Below, in pieces: positions 14,433 to 27,900 of a DNA stretch of 64,000 nt (position 1 is its first letter; every line of letters starts with the position of its first letter). The stretch comes from Botryllus schlosseri (lineage: Eukaryota): positions 33,296,001 through 33,360,000 of the forward strand of contig CM119371.1 of NCBI GenBank assembly GCA_051294905.1. The letters are read 5' to 3'. The notes beneath the pieces were generated by a model. It had not been told where the DNA came from, did not search any database, and saw only the letters and a list, made by a program, of their open reading frames with translations. Both the position numbers and the translations under genes were made by a program.

Positions 14433-15992
14433 TAGAAGTAGTAATTTCTATGACAGGTGAAAACTGTTTCAATATTCAATATCCAATATCCCTGAACTAC
14501 TTTTTACTTTACAAAAAACAAATTGCGAACGTAATTAGTTCATCCAGAATACTGTACAGGTAGATGTTGAAGTAGTTGTAAAACAATGCCAATTGTGTAA
14601 GTACTGCAAGAAGCCAGCATCTACTTGACTACCTCGAAAAAGTAAAAATATTCAAAATATATAATATCTCAAAAACGTGATGTGGTAGAGCAAAAATAAC
14701 GCCTGATTCGTATTCACCGTACCCAAATTAGGTAAAATTAGCCCACAAAAATCGTGTCGACCAGTGTAATATTTGGATTTTCGTAAGCAGAAATGACATT
14801 GGATTGATAAATGTTATTTAAACTTCTGTGCGCGGGTCTTCGCTCGTCACCGAGTAGCAACAAAGCATCATGTGACTCCCGTGTCAGAACTGCTAGGACA
14901 AATCCATTCAATGGTTTTACATAACTTGACTTGTCTTGAGTCGACTTGCAAAATGATTTGATTCGAGGCTTCAGAAATCTGAAATGACTCGTGACTTGGA
15001 GCTACGTTTTCGAGTCATTTCTATTTATGATCGGCGACGACTTAATGATTGTACTGTTCTCGACGTGTTAACGATTTCGCAGATTGGTTTGCCTGGACTG
15101 ATACTGTTTCGCAAATAAATTTATCGGAAACAATATAGTGTAGCTGGGTAGAAGTAATCAATTTACATTCTGTAGCCAGAATGTAGCAACATATTCCTGT
15201 TCTGCAAGGGGCTCACTTTACGAACCTTTTGTATGATTTAAATCGAACGGATATCGTTTACATTTCTAAATATACATGTATGTAATTTATAATTTATACT
15301 ACTATTTAATATTACTTCCTTACTTCTTAATAGATTTGAATTGTAGGCCTATCCTATAGATGTGTAGATGGGTCGTGTATTGCATGATATCAATTTGATC
15401 AAAAAAACGAAACATCGGATTCGATCAGCAGTAGAGCATGAGGGAAAGTCATGCAGAATCCTTAACAATGAGGTCGCTATTGAAAGTTTTAGACTTGTTT
15501 TAAGTTCAACATTGCCCGATCTTGAACGAACGTGTCATACTCATCGACTCATCTCAAATTCATCGCAGGCGACATGTTTTATTTTCGTCCACCAACAACC
15601 CAACATCGAAACACATGCCAAAATAATCGCAAAGTTTCCACGAAGGACAGTAAGTTAATGCTGTCAATTTAGTATTTCAACTACCACACCGAATATGACA
15701 ATTTAAACTTTGGTTCGGCCCGACGACGTATTTTCTGCATCTGCTTTGGCGCAGCGGCAAGAATAATTGTCCGAAAAAGGTTGGGACCATTGGTAGTGAC
15801 ATTCATCATGATCCAGCCTAATTATTAGACATTTACTTTATATATTCAATAGCTTTAACATTGCGGTGATTGCTTCAATCTACGAGAAGTGAAGTTACTA
15901 TAAAACTTCACCGAGGATGGTGAGTAGCCTACCACTCGTATTAGTAATTTATCCATTTTTTGCCACTCAGAGCCTCTAAATATTTGAAGATT

Positions 15993-18900
15993 ATGAAAAA
16001 ACTAAAAGAAGATGTAGCGAACATACTAGAGGAGGAATCGGAGGTAACTTTTAGACACCCTATGACTGATAACATTGCACGTCCCATGCGTCCTGTATAT
16101 AGGAGGCGAATGTACCGTTGAAGAAAGTTATCCAGTTTTATCGGGAACCCAACAAGCCCGAGCGCGATAATGGCGTAACAAGTTCGAAGAAAATTCGTAT
16201 AGAACAAATCAACAATCCTCTCGATTACGCTTGGGAAGAACACGTGAAGTACACACCGAGATTTTCTCGAAACACGGAAGTTCTGTTTGTGGGCATGAAC
16301 CCTTCCAGAAAAGTCCCGTGTGGAGTGAGTATGCATTTCATTAGTTTGTACAAATGAAAACAAATATTAATAACGTATGTTTGTCAAATGACCGATATGG
16401 ATCTGCTATTGTCAATTGTTACTGTAGTAACCAGGTCGTCATATAACGATGTATGGCAGGGGTGGGCAAACTACGGCCCGCGAAGACCTCAAGAATCGTT
16501 TTAAAAATATTGATAAAACGCGTAGTAAAATAAATTAGTGTGGGAATATACTTGATTAAACGTTTTCTTAATATATTTAAACATGATAATGACAAACTAT
16601 ATTCTTACCATAGTATTTACTTGATTTCATTGATGGCGCGATAGCCCGACCTCGAGGCCCATGCATTTTGGAAGGTCTCCATATTTAAACGTCACATAAA
16701 GTGAAACGTACATGACTTAATTCGAATCACGAGTTCTATTTTAGATTAGCAACACCAGCAATTCTATTACTTTTCGTAATGTACTTTGAAAAACCGACTC
16801 GCCAGTGTGTTAGTTAGATTCGTTCTTTGTAGTAGAAGTATTTATATTTATAATATATATTGTAGAAGTGTATTCAGACGTAACATGATTATGATGCTAT
16901 TAGCATTGTGTGTCCTGCAAGGTCACGAAATAACAACATTTAACGAAGTCATACCAACGGGTCCGCCCGCCCAAAGATGTCTAATTATTATTTACGGGCT
17001 GTACAGCGTCAAGACACCTCACTCAGCTCTACCAGCCAATCTGCTTACGTGAGCAGAGAGGACAAGAAATTGATAGCAATATATATGCAATTCCCGATCT
17101 TATTGACCAATTTTCTCATGAATTATCTACAATTTTCGCACTCGCGCTGGCTCACTTAACGATACGTCTTTAATTTCGTGGCAAAGGTGAACAAGGTGAT
17201 GGGGAATCGGTACATCACCCAATGGGAGCCCAAGACTCATATTTTTTTTTGGGGGGGGGGGGGCTGATGAAGTGTCGTCTCGTTACGGCCAACGGGTATA
17301 CACCCGGAGATGTTTAATTAATATTGAGGTGAACTGCACCTTTTCAAACACACCTCACTGAGCTCTGACTGTAAATCAGATTACGTGAGCAGAGAGAGGA
17401 AAAAAATTATAGCAATATATATGCATTTCCGGATCATATTTCCCGATTCAGTTAGGAATTATAGAAATTTCACGCGCTACTTGCGTTTCGGACAGAAAAG
17501 CTGACTCATAAAATAGCCCCCAGAAGTTCGGTCTGTCACCATATGGGGGGCCCAAGACCAACGTTTTTTTTGGTGGGGGGGGGGGTGGGGGGCTGACGAC
17601 GTGCTGTTACGTCCCTGCATACATACATACATACATACATATAATGGTGTTGTCAATTCCAACGTCATATTTGAAGATTCGTGGCGTCATGATGGCACGA
17701 AATAAACCTTCACTACCTGACATTCGTCGTACTCGCCATATTTCATGTGTTGATAGCTGGTGCGAGTTTACAACCCCAGCACTAATCAAGTCATAGTCAT
17801 GATACCATGTAGTATTTTGTCGTATTTTATTTTAGACTTTGCCCGTACGTTTTGTCAAGCTTTAAGGTTTCCAAAATTGATGCGTCTGATGCCACAGACC
17901 AGCTAGCTGCTTATTGACCAAGTCCAATCTCTCCTTGGCGTCTGATTGTAGACAATTGGTTTTTAATGCAGCAGAAAACATCTCGTGTGCCGATAATTCC
18001 CAATATTCTGGGAAAACTCAATTGCACGTCATGCCACTCGTGCTAGACGCGCTTATTACACCACCATTGGTTATCCAGATATAAAAATCAGATTTTCTAA
18101 TCAACACGCGGTAAAATTATCATTCAGTCTAGAGCAGTGAAATGGAAACGTTATCGTGGTGTTGCGTCACCTTAAATATACCACATGCCCGTTTTTTGCA
18201 AGTTTCCTCTTCTTCACCACAAATCACTAGATTCCCAATCGTTTGGGAACCATACAGCAGTTCTACTGGAAGTCACTCACTATATTGAATCGGTTTCCCC
18301 AAACCGGGATAATAACTTCAGCGACGGAGGATATTGCTAAGTGATATAATTTAGTCCACTTCAATAATCAATTCTCCTTATTCGATGGTTTCTAAAGGTT
18401 GTGCTATCAGTCTGAGTATTAACGGTAGCGCAAGCAAGCAACCAAACAACCGGAAATTTAGATGGTTAATGGCTATGTTTGTCATTTTAATCTGTAATTG
18501 GGAACGTCAATTTCAATGGAGTTGATTTCGCGCCGACGATTTGGATGACAATGCGAGTTTAAAATCTGCATTTTCATACAGGAGTCGCCATATCCGCTTT
18601 TCTCTCAGATCGATCAACGCATAGTGAAATGCAAGATTTTGCGATCCAATTTGCTATGTTTGGTACATCGAAATTGATAATGGTTGCCTTCAGGAACTGT
18701 GCTTTTGCAATTAAACAAACTTCTAATTATCTTAAATGTATCGTATTTCTCTATTACACAACAACTGTTTTATTGGTATGATAAATGAGGCAATATGTCA
18801 CATAGTTATAAGGATTTTTAAAATAGGTTGTTCCGATCAACCCGGCTCTTCAAACGGGTTCATCGTACACTCTAGTGACGTCACTGATGCACGAAACGGA

Positions 18901-21900
18901 ATTTACTTGGCATTGAGTTCTTATGAGCATAATGAACTCTGATTTGATGTTACAACGGACATACTAATCAGACCGGTGGCGTAATATTTGAGCATCTTAC
19001 ACACTGAAAAACGACAGTTGAGCATGTCACACGTTATTATTAATTAATTCAAGGCATTTAAGTGGCGTTTATAGCCTTTTTAGGCCTTGTGCACCACGGC
19101 ATGCATATTGTTTACTTGCGCAGTTCAATGACATTAACTGCGCCACTCGCTTCCCCAACATGGCATATGGAATTAACATGTCTTCAGCTTGCGATATCTG
19201 TTTACAATGATTCTCGAAGATATCGCCCCGATAGCAGAGACATTTTGAAGTGGTACTTCACGCGAGATGCTTATGAATACCGCAGTGCGCATAATTGCGA
19301 ACGAATGTGTGAGAAATGATCAGGTAACTCCGGTAACCTCGAGATTAGTATTTAAATTTTCCTACGCATTGCAGTCTTGCTCATCCTTACTTGGATTAGG
19401 CAAGGGCTGGTCAACCTGCGGATAAACGGATGCATGCAGCCGTAAAACAATAACTATGCGGCCCCGCGTCTACACCTAGTTAAATTACCGTATACTGGCG
19501 GCCGTCAATATGCAATTTGAATTAAAAAGTCAAGTTACATGCTAGAGCAATGCCAGTCTTGTGTAAAATGTGTAAATTCATTCCATGATTGTGTAAATAC
19601 TTTCCAAAAAACATGTTGTATGAGTCTACGGACACACCACCCGATATAGCCGACGTATACGATATGGGACGATTGAAACCCTTAAAATAGTCGAAAAATC
19701 TGAGCGATTTTAATTCAACTGAAACATTTTCTTGGCACTTCACGCGATGCAGGGTGACTTGGATTTTCGTTTTTAATATAATACTGTCCTCAAAATCTGA
19801 GCCCCACCGTACAAATGCAAATTGCAGACAAAATGATGAATGCCAAAAATAAATACCAAGTTGAAATGGTGTGCTTCACACGAATGAAGGTTTTCCGTGG
19901 TACCTTTGGGCGATTTATAATATATTTTGACTATACCGACAATCCGGATGGAAAGTCAAGAAATATACACCGTGTAACTAAGTGAATATTCTAAACGATC
20001 AGCTCGACCAACTAATTTTATAGACCGAAAATGGATGAATATTCGACACTATGTGAAACTACCAATATTATCGACGAAATTCTTTCACGAGGCTCGGCAC
20101 GACTAGAAACTAAATCCCACAGCTTTTCCTAACGATTGTACTCGCGATTTCGGTGAGTATATGGTAAGCCTGCGGACACGTTCTGCTTTTACAATTAGAA
20201 ACCTTAATATATGGAACTTTACCTTTATATTTGGAATCGAAATATTGCAGTGTATAGCAAAAAGGTTGAACACCCCTGAATTCGGCCTATAGTATTGAAT
20301 CGGTGTATTATGTGGTCATGGTCGCAATGCTCCCTCTAAGCTGCGCACGTGCGCAAATGCGCAGTGCTGAAACGGTCTCTGCGCACAAAAAAACCGAAGT
20401 GATGACTATTTTTTATAGTCGTTACGCACTGTTGTCCAAGGGTCTGCGCAGTGAGTTGGTGAGTGTGCGCAGACTCGTCAAAATAAGAGGTAACATTGCT
20501 CATGGGTGTACGAGTTTTGAGTAAACTTTAAAAGGGTGTACAACGGCGAAAAGGGCTCAAGAGCACTGCTCTAAAATCCCCCTGGAAAATCCAATGTCAT
20601 GATCTCATAAAGAATAAAATTGTCTCAGAAATAATAATTTCAATCGTTATGGAAATTCACAAATGAGTGTCAGCAATATTGTTGATTCAGATACGAGCCC
20701 AGTATCAAATTAAAATTATAGGTAAGAACCATATCACATTAACAACAGATTAATATGCCACACGCGAGCCATAGCTTGTCGAGCCCTGCCTTATATATTA
20801 TATCAATTACAAATGACGATCGTTTCCCGTGCGATAAGTCTGAAGGACGTAATTCTCAATGAAAATTTTACTTGGGTCAATGCTTTACAGAGCACGAAGT
20901 GAGTATCGCAACAAAAGATGTTTTGATTCTTTATATTTATATGAATATCATACAATTATTGGTAAATTCATAGTAATAATTAATTGATAAGACGCCACAG
21001 CACAAATTCCAAATATCACATTTTAGAATGTTTGAGGATATTTTCCATCTCTATTACGTCGCTTCCATTGATGTATATTTTTACATAATTCAGATTCCTT
21101 TTCCTGACAAGGATGTTATGAAGTATTGGGGTATTACGTTTGACGGGTATGTAGATTTTCGTTTTTTCTTACTACCATGATACATCATTTGTTTGATTTG
21201 AAGAGAATGTGAAAGTGGAAAGCGTTTCTGGAAATTGATAAGAAACTACTTCCCTAAAGTGGATGATTTTCATAAATACTGCTTCGTTATTAACTGCAGT
21301 CCGCTATATTTCATCGATGGCGTCGATTCAGAAGGAAAAGAAAGTGAGAGATGTAGACAATCTTTTATATATCATGATATGCACCATCCCAAAAATATGC
21401 GAGTAATGAGCGTACCGGAAATGGCATTCTCGCTCTTTTACTTTGAATTATGTAACTATTACGTTAGGCAACGGTCACGTTCCCGCTCTGCTTTTGTTTT
21501 GATTCGTCCAACCCATATATATCTAGTTGTTGTTGGATGCATATTGGTCTGCAGCTGCCATGAATGATGACATTGTGGGCTCACGTTTTACCTCACATTT
21601 AGCCATTAATATTTTCAGTATATCGCAGTGGCGGCTCGTGAGAATATCGGGTGGTGGGGCAAGGGAAGCATGAGTTTTGATTAATTTAAATGACGTCACA
21701 ATAGTGTATTCCGACGTGAAGATGTGACTTTGTGGTCGTCACACACCGTTTGTATGGTGTATAGACATTAGGCATGGTTAACTAGGCATACGCATTTCAA
21801 ATTTTAATAATAATACATTCATGACAGAAATATATTAAAACCCGAAGCTTTTCGAGCTGACACATTTCAAATCATTCGGAACAAAATATGAAGTACAGTA

Positions 21901-24900
21901 GTTCATACCTGCATCTTTTAACGTTTGTATCAGTAGGCGCAATGCGCGAGGCGTGATTTCATATTTGCAAAATGTTCAATGACAAATTCATTCAAATCTG
22001 GAATACCCATAATGTCAGCGCTGAGAATCCTGAGAACATCTACAATAACTCATCGAGCCTATATCTTTACGCATCCCGATTCTAAGAGAAGTATCGATGA
22101 GTTTTAATGTGTTGAAACCATGCTTGGATTCTGCGGATGAAATCGGGTGGTCAATATGATATTAAAAAACCTCGTTACTGCAGCAAAGTTGAAAAAAGCG
22201 ATTTTTAACCATACGAATTTTGAAAGTTCACCACTATACTACTTCGAAACAAAGATGCATTGGAATATAAGCCAGTCAACTCTAACCGAGTAATGTCGAC
22301 GATCGGGTAATATTGAGACACCATTTGCTGTAGAGATCACATGATTCAGATCACGATACCCAATTTTGTTCCAACTAGATACACTGCCTCTGGCACCAGT
22401 AGTGTAAAAGTGTATAATAAGGCGTCCTTATCCTCGCTTATACCTCAGCTAATCATTTTTTATCGAAATATGTTGGGAAAGAGGTAAGAGTGCGCTTTCC
22501 TCCCTCGTACAATTAGATCAATGGACAATTTCAAGGCTGATAAGGACCGAGTCTCTTTACCTCTAATTATTGCTCTAAAGGAAAATGCATTAACGGCGTA
22601 CGGAGCAGAAATTCAACACGATTCATGTTCGCAATTAACCTGGCTAACAATGTGCAGACATAAGACTATAACTCGAGATATTATGTATAGCCTAACTGGC
22701 AAGGTCAACGAGTTCAGACACAAACGCCATTGTTATATCATAGATTGGGCCTGTCATATTGAATCCAACACATCATTTTAAATTCAAAGGAGTAAGACGA
22801 AAGCAGCCTCGGAATTACGGACTCGGAGCAACATAGGAGATTTTGGCCTTGAACCTGGAGACTGTGACATAACACAAATGGCTTACTGTCTAGAAGTCTG
22901 CTGCTAAATCGGCATCGGAAAATATATTACCGAATAAATACGTGAATGAAAGCCGTAAACTTAATACACTGTTACATGACATCACCGAGAAGTAGCCTCA
23001 TGACCCTTTTCGGCATGGTTCTGTCAAAATTAATACGAACAGCCTGTTCGGAACAGACCAACACCGAATTTTGCGTAAAATTTACTGAGGAATAGGCTGA
23101 TCAAGTGATCAGCTTTTGGCCGCTATCGAAGACGAAACAGCTATCGGGCTGGACAGGGACTTGTAATTGTAAGCAAATGGCCTGAAAGCCACAATTTCAC
23201 GGTGAAATTGACATTGGAGATATAAAATAAAAGTAAATATTTGAATGCAAACCGAGAATGCTAAATGTTAGCATCGTTAAAATCAATAGAGACCAATACC
23301 GGCTTTGCGTAAAATCTGTTTGCGATAAATGACGAGTCAGCTCTCACTCGATTTAGGGTACGAAATTACCACTAACATAGTTCAGTGACATACTTGAAAC
23401 TTGGTACAGCGTTCGATACTAACATTAAGACTTACCGTGCCAAATGTCATGACTAGGGCAATTTTTTTTTACCTAAAAAACGTAAGATTTTGACCTAAAA
23501 AATCTAAATTTTGACCTTTTTTGACTTAAAAAAACTGAAATTTGACCAAATTTTGACCTCACGTATGCAAATTAGGTGTTTTCGCATATAATGTTAAAAT
23601 TGTACTACTTATCTTCATTTCTGGTTGGAACTGTTTGTCCTTACAAAGTAGATTGGCCTGAAAAAACGTTTCTGACTCAAAAACTGACAGATTTTTACAT
23701 GAAAAACTAGTATTTTAACGAAATCTGGCCCTATGAAGAATTCCAACATTACGTATTCTGGTGGAAATAATTAAAATTTGTTGTAGTACAACGAAAGATC
23801 CTTTCCTACATTCTCGGGTAGAAAGTGTCTGTTCTTACTACGTAGCTTGCCAAGAACGGAGAAAGAACGTTCAACAGCAGCATTTGTTGGCTGACAACAC
23901 TCAAGTTGTGTGCACACTGTTGGTGACAAACCGTGTTGCTTCATTCTGACAATGTTGTCTATGTCACAATTTTTCAGCTTGCGCTTCTTGATATAAGAAC
24001 CATGCAATGTCCAAGCAGTCTTGCTTCAGCTAGGATATTGCGGTACGTTGACCATAAAACCATGTCACTATTTGTTTCATTTGACCATTTATGATTCACA
24101 ATGAGCAGACGATGGTCCGTTTACAACGGTAGGCCTATAAAGTAGGCTACAAGCTGTAAAATATCAAATGATAAGTTCACCCACAGCGCAAAATCTACGA
24201 TACAAACGAAATGCAGAGGTCAAAAAATGTTTGACTTTGTAAACAATTTTGACAAATTTTGACCTAACGCTACAATTTTGACCTAATTTTGACTTTTTTT
24301 GACATGTCAAAAATAAAAATCGCCCTAGTCATGACCGATCTCGGTATGGAACATCGTCAAAATCAATGGATACCAATACCGGCTTTTGAGAAAAATCTGT
24401 TCGCGATACACTTCAGCATACACTCAACTTCGGAAACGGAATTACTACCCTAAACTTTAAGTAAAAACCCTGTAACCTGGGGCAGTGTTAAATACCAGCA
24501 TCACGACATGGCATACCAAGTTTCAAGAATTATCATGGTGTGAAACACCATCAAAATCGACCTATACCAGCAAAGGTCGACTAAACGCATATGACGGTAA
24601 CCGAGTTCAGATATGGATACGATTGTTACATCACACCTTAGGGGCACGGACCTATTTTGCCCCACTTGCTCGGTAATTTTATGAATAGGAGAGACTAAAT
24701 CACCGTTTCTTTATCCTGCGCGGCTTTGAGAGAATAGACAGTGAAAGCTTGCTATGAGCGCTACCGAGGCATGCCCCGGCTAGGCATTCGCAAAGCGAAA
24801 ACACAGAAGAGAATTCGATTTTCGCAGAGACTTCGCTATATATAGGCGTTTACAAGCGAAAGGACAAGAAGAATACGATTTTCGCTGTGATTTCGGTATA

Positions 24901-27900
24901 TATAGATTGCTGTGCGTCTATAAATGGTAAAGAATTGGTATTGAACACAATTTTAGGTGGGGCAATGCCCCAGTTGCCCTATAGGTCGAGCCGCCACTGG
25001 GATATCGTTCTGAAACTCCATGTTGCGAAGTGCAAAAGTTTTGGGTTTTCATAATTATTCCTTGAATTAATCCCCTCTTAACACCATTATTTCTCATAGT
25101 GTGCGAGCGATAATTTCCAGTTCATAGCATTGGCCTATGTCTGTGCTATTTGCAGGTCGGTTCAGTAGCCTAACTTCGAAGAACGCGCAAAGTGGGTTGC
25201 ACATATCGAAAATATGATTTGATTGCACCGGCATCACGTACTTTATGCAGTAATAACGTACCCACTATGAAGATTTTGGAGGGTCTTCAAGTTATTAGTA
25301 AATTGTGACATACTGCATGCAGGACTGCCACAACCGTACCCTAAACCCTCAATTGAGAGGGGTAGCGCGTCGAGGGCCCAAAATTATTTCGTGAATGAGC
25401 ATAAAATATATTTCTTTTTTCTAATTTATGCAACCTTTTATTAAACAAATTTACCAGGTGCGATTTAATGTTGCTATATGTCTTGATTATTTGGTACCCT
25501 TCTCTCAAGATAAAATACGCACGTTTTATAGAAATTGGTACTTCATGACTGAAAAATGTGACATGGACTCGACTTTTCGTAGTATTACTCGAACTCGGAC
25601 TGACTTTGTGACAAAATTACGATGATTCGTCTTAACTCCGCGGGACTTGGCTAACAACAATGAACGCAGCAAACTATTCGAGTGCCATGGAGAATGGTAA
25701 TGGTTCAGAAAGACGTAGCTTGATATTTCTTTATCCAAGCAAGTCGTAATGTAAACCGTTGGAATTCTGTATAGTTAGTTAAATCATGAGCCCCTTTAGC
25801 CATGTCATTAACGCCATTTGATGAGGCGAGCAGCGTAGTGGTACGCTTCATCGCTGTACCACCAACGGATTGTTCGGCAATTGGACATTTCTATGACAAA
25901 TCGATTATAAGAATTATTTCGTTATTTATCTGTTTCATCATTTGAAGGGAAATCTAACGCTGTTTAGATTTCACATGGGCAATGATATCATCAAAGCCTA
26001 TTTATCAGGACCGAGGTGTACACTTAAAAACTGGGATTTGACTACACTGATCAAATGCTGTTACATCAGATCAGACATCGTTCAATTGTAAAATGTTCTA
26101 GCTAAAGTTGTGGCACGTCAAATATCTGCTAGCAGCATATTCATAACCCGACAGCTTTTATGATGACATGATGCATTTTTTCTCTCGCATGGCGTCTATA
26201 CCTCATAGTTTTCACAAAATAAACTCACTCTCTACCCAGTGGAACAATTTTTGTCAAATACTTATAAATGTGATTTTTCTAGTACTAGGCGTAAATTGCT
26301 ATAGTGGTAAATAACATTTTCACTAGACGCGTGGATTGTCAGTCTTGAAGGTCGGCTCACTTTCCATCGGACAATTTCATCGCGGCGTCATCGAAATCTG
26401 GAAAATTGGCCCGCAAGCACATTTGGGTTTGAGACCCCTGATATAGACCGACTTACTAATGAGGATAACAAATCCCGAGCACAAAGTAGCAAAGAAGACG
26501 TACATATATTGATGAGGCGTCTGAGGGGCGAAACATCCCCAGAAGTTTGTTTTATCACGCTATGGAAGCAATGTTCCCTCTAATTTTTCGCGAGTCTGCG
26601 CAAACATACCAACTCACTGCGCAGGCCCTTTGACAACAGTGCGCAACCAGGCCCCCATAGGGTGATAAGCCGGACTTCTGGGGGGCTTCGCCACCCAGAC
26701 CCCCCTCAGGCTGTACGCTGTTTCCCGCTACTTATCTGCTTCATTTGGTCTACGTTTGCTGAGAAATATTTAAATTTCATGACTGAATCGGTCAATATGA
26801 TCGGGAATTGCGTATATATTGCTATCAATTTTTATCCTCTCTCTGCTCACGTAATCTGATTTACCGGTAGAGCTGAGGGGGTGTATTTGAAAAGGTAGGA
26901 CTCCTCCATAATAATATAACATCTTCCGGTGTATATACCCGTTGGCAGGAACGAAACAGCACTTCGTTTGCCCCCCCCCCCCCCCACCAAAAAAACGTGA
27001 GTCTTGGGCTCCCATAGGGTGATAAACTGCCCCCCCCCCATTAGCATTACATTGTTCGCTTTTGCCACGAAATTATAGTTTTACTGTTTAGTGAGCCAGC
27101 GCGAAGCGTGAAAATTGTCGATAATTCATGATAATATCGGTCAATAAGATCGGGAAACGCATATTTTTTGCTATCAATTCCTTGTCCTCTCTGCTCACGT
27201 ATAATCAGATTTACCGGTAGAGCTGAGTGAGGTGTCTTTGAAACTGCAGAGCCCGTAAATAATAATTGGACATCTTCGGGCGGGCGGACCCGTTGGTATG
27301 ACTTCGTTACATGATGTTATTTCGTGACCTCCTGTCTGTTATATCAAAAAATATAGAATCGCCCAAACGTACTAAACTGAAAGATCACACGATTTCGGAT
27401 TGGTATTTCTTCACTGGCATATAATTTTTTCCTGCGGATGGTATTTGTCTTGTGAGGTTCAGATTGCCAAGACAGGAACATTTGGCGCCAGTCATTTAGG
27501 ATCCTATATGGACGATTAAACCTATATGTATTTTGTATATATAACGAAGTTTTCGGTCAGCATAGGGCAGTCCTTTACGGCCAAGGTTTTCTCGCTGCCG
27601 ATCGTTCTGGCACACTTCTTGGAATCGCATGTTACATGGCCTAAAACTTTATATGTCTTATAATACGTCGTGGCGCGGTAATGGCCAACGCCGATATGCC
27701 CATTTCTTTAAATCTAGCGTATTTTTTATTGGGGGAAGAGTACCCAATGATCAAGATATTTGGCGACTTGAAATCGCGCGCAGTGCGAAAAATTTTTGAA
27801 AAGTTGCATAAATTTTTGAAACATACCCTGTAATTTATGCTAATTCACAAAATAATTTTGGTCCCCCTTCGAGCTCGCCCCCCTCAAATTGGGGGGTTTG

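Larger units (their letters stand above)
8289..14766 (+). mobile_element. Chapaev3-type (CMC) DNA transposon relic, copy 1, interrupted by nested insertions
   Basis: Termini CATTGGTCGACA...TGTCGACCAGTG with TAA on both sides. Remnant PDEWRLLTNSSTRTMKCVLL (cf. EWRLFIDSSKRSLKAVLLHNGN) at about 9375-9450. Left end internally duplicated (about 8289 and 8451). Homologous to 29811-31632. Confidence 0.75.
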
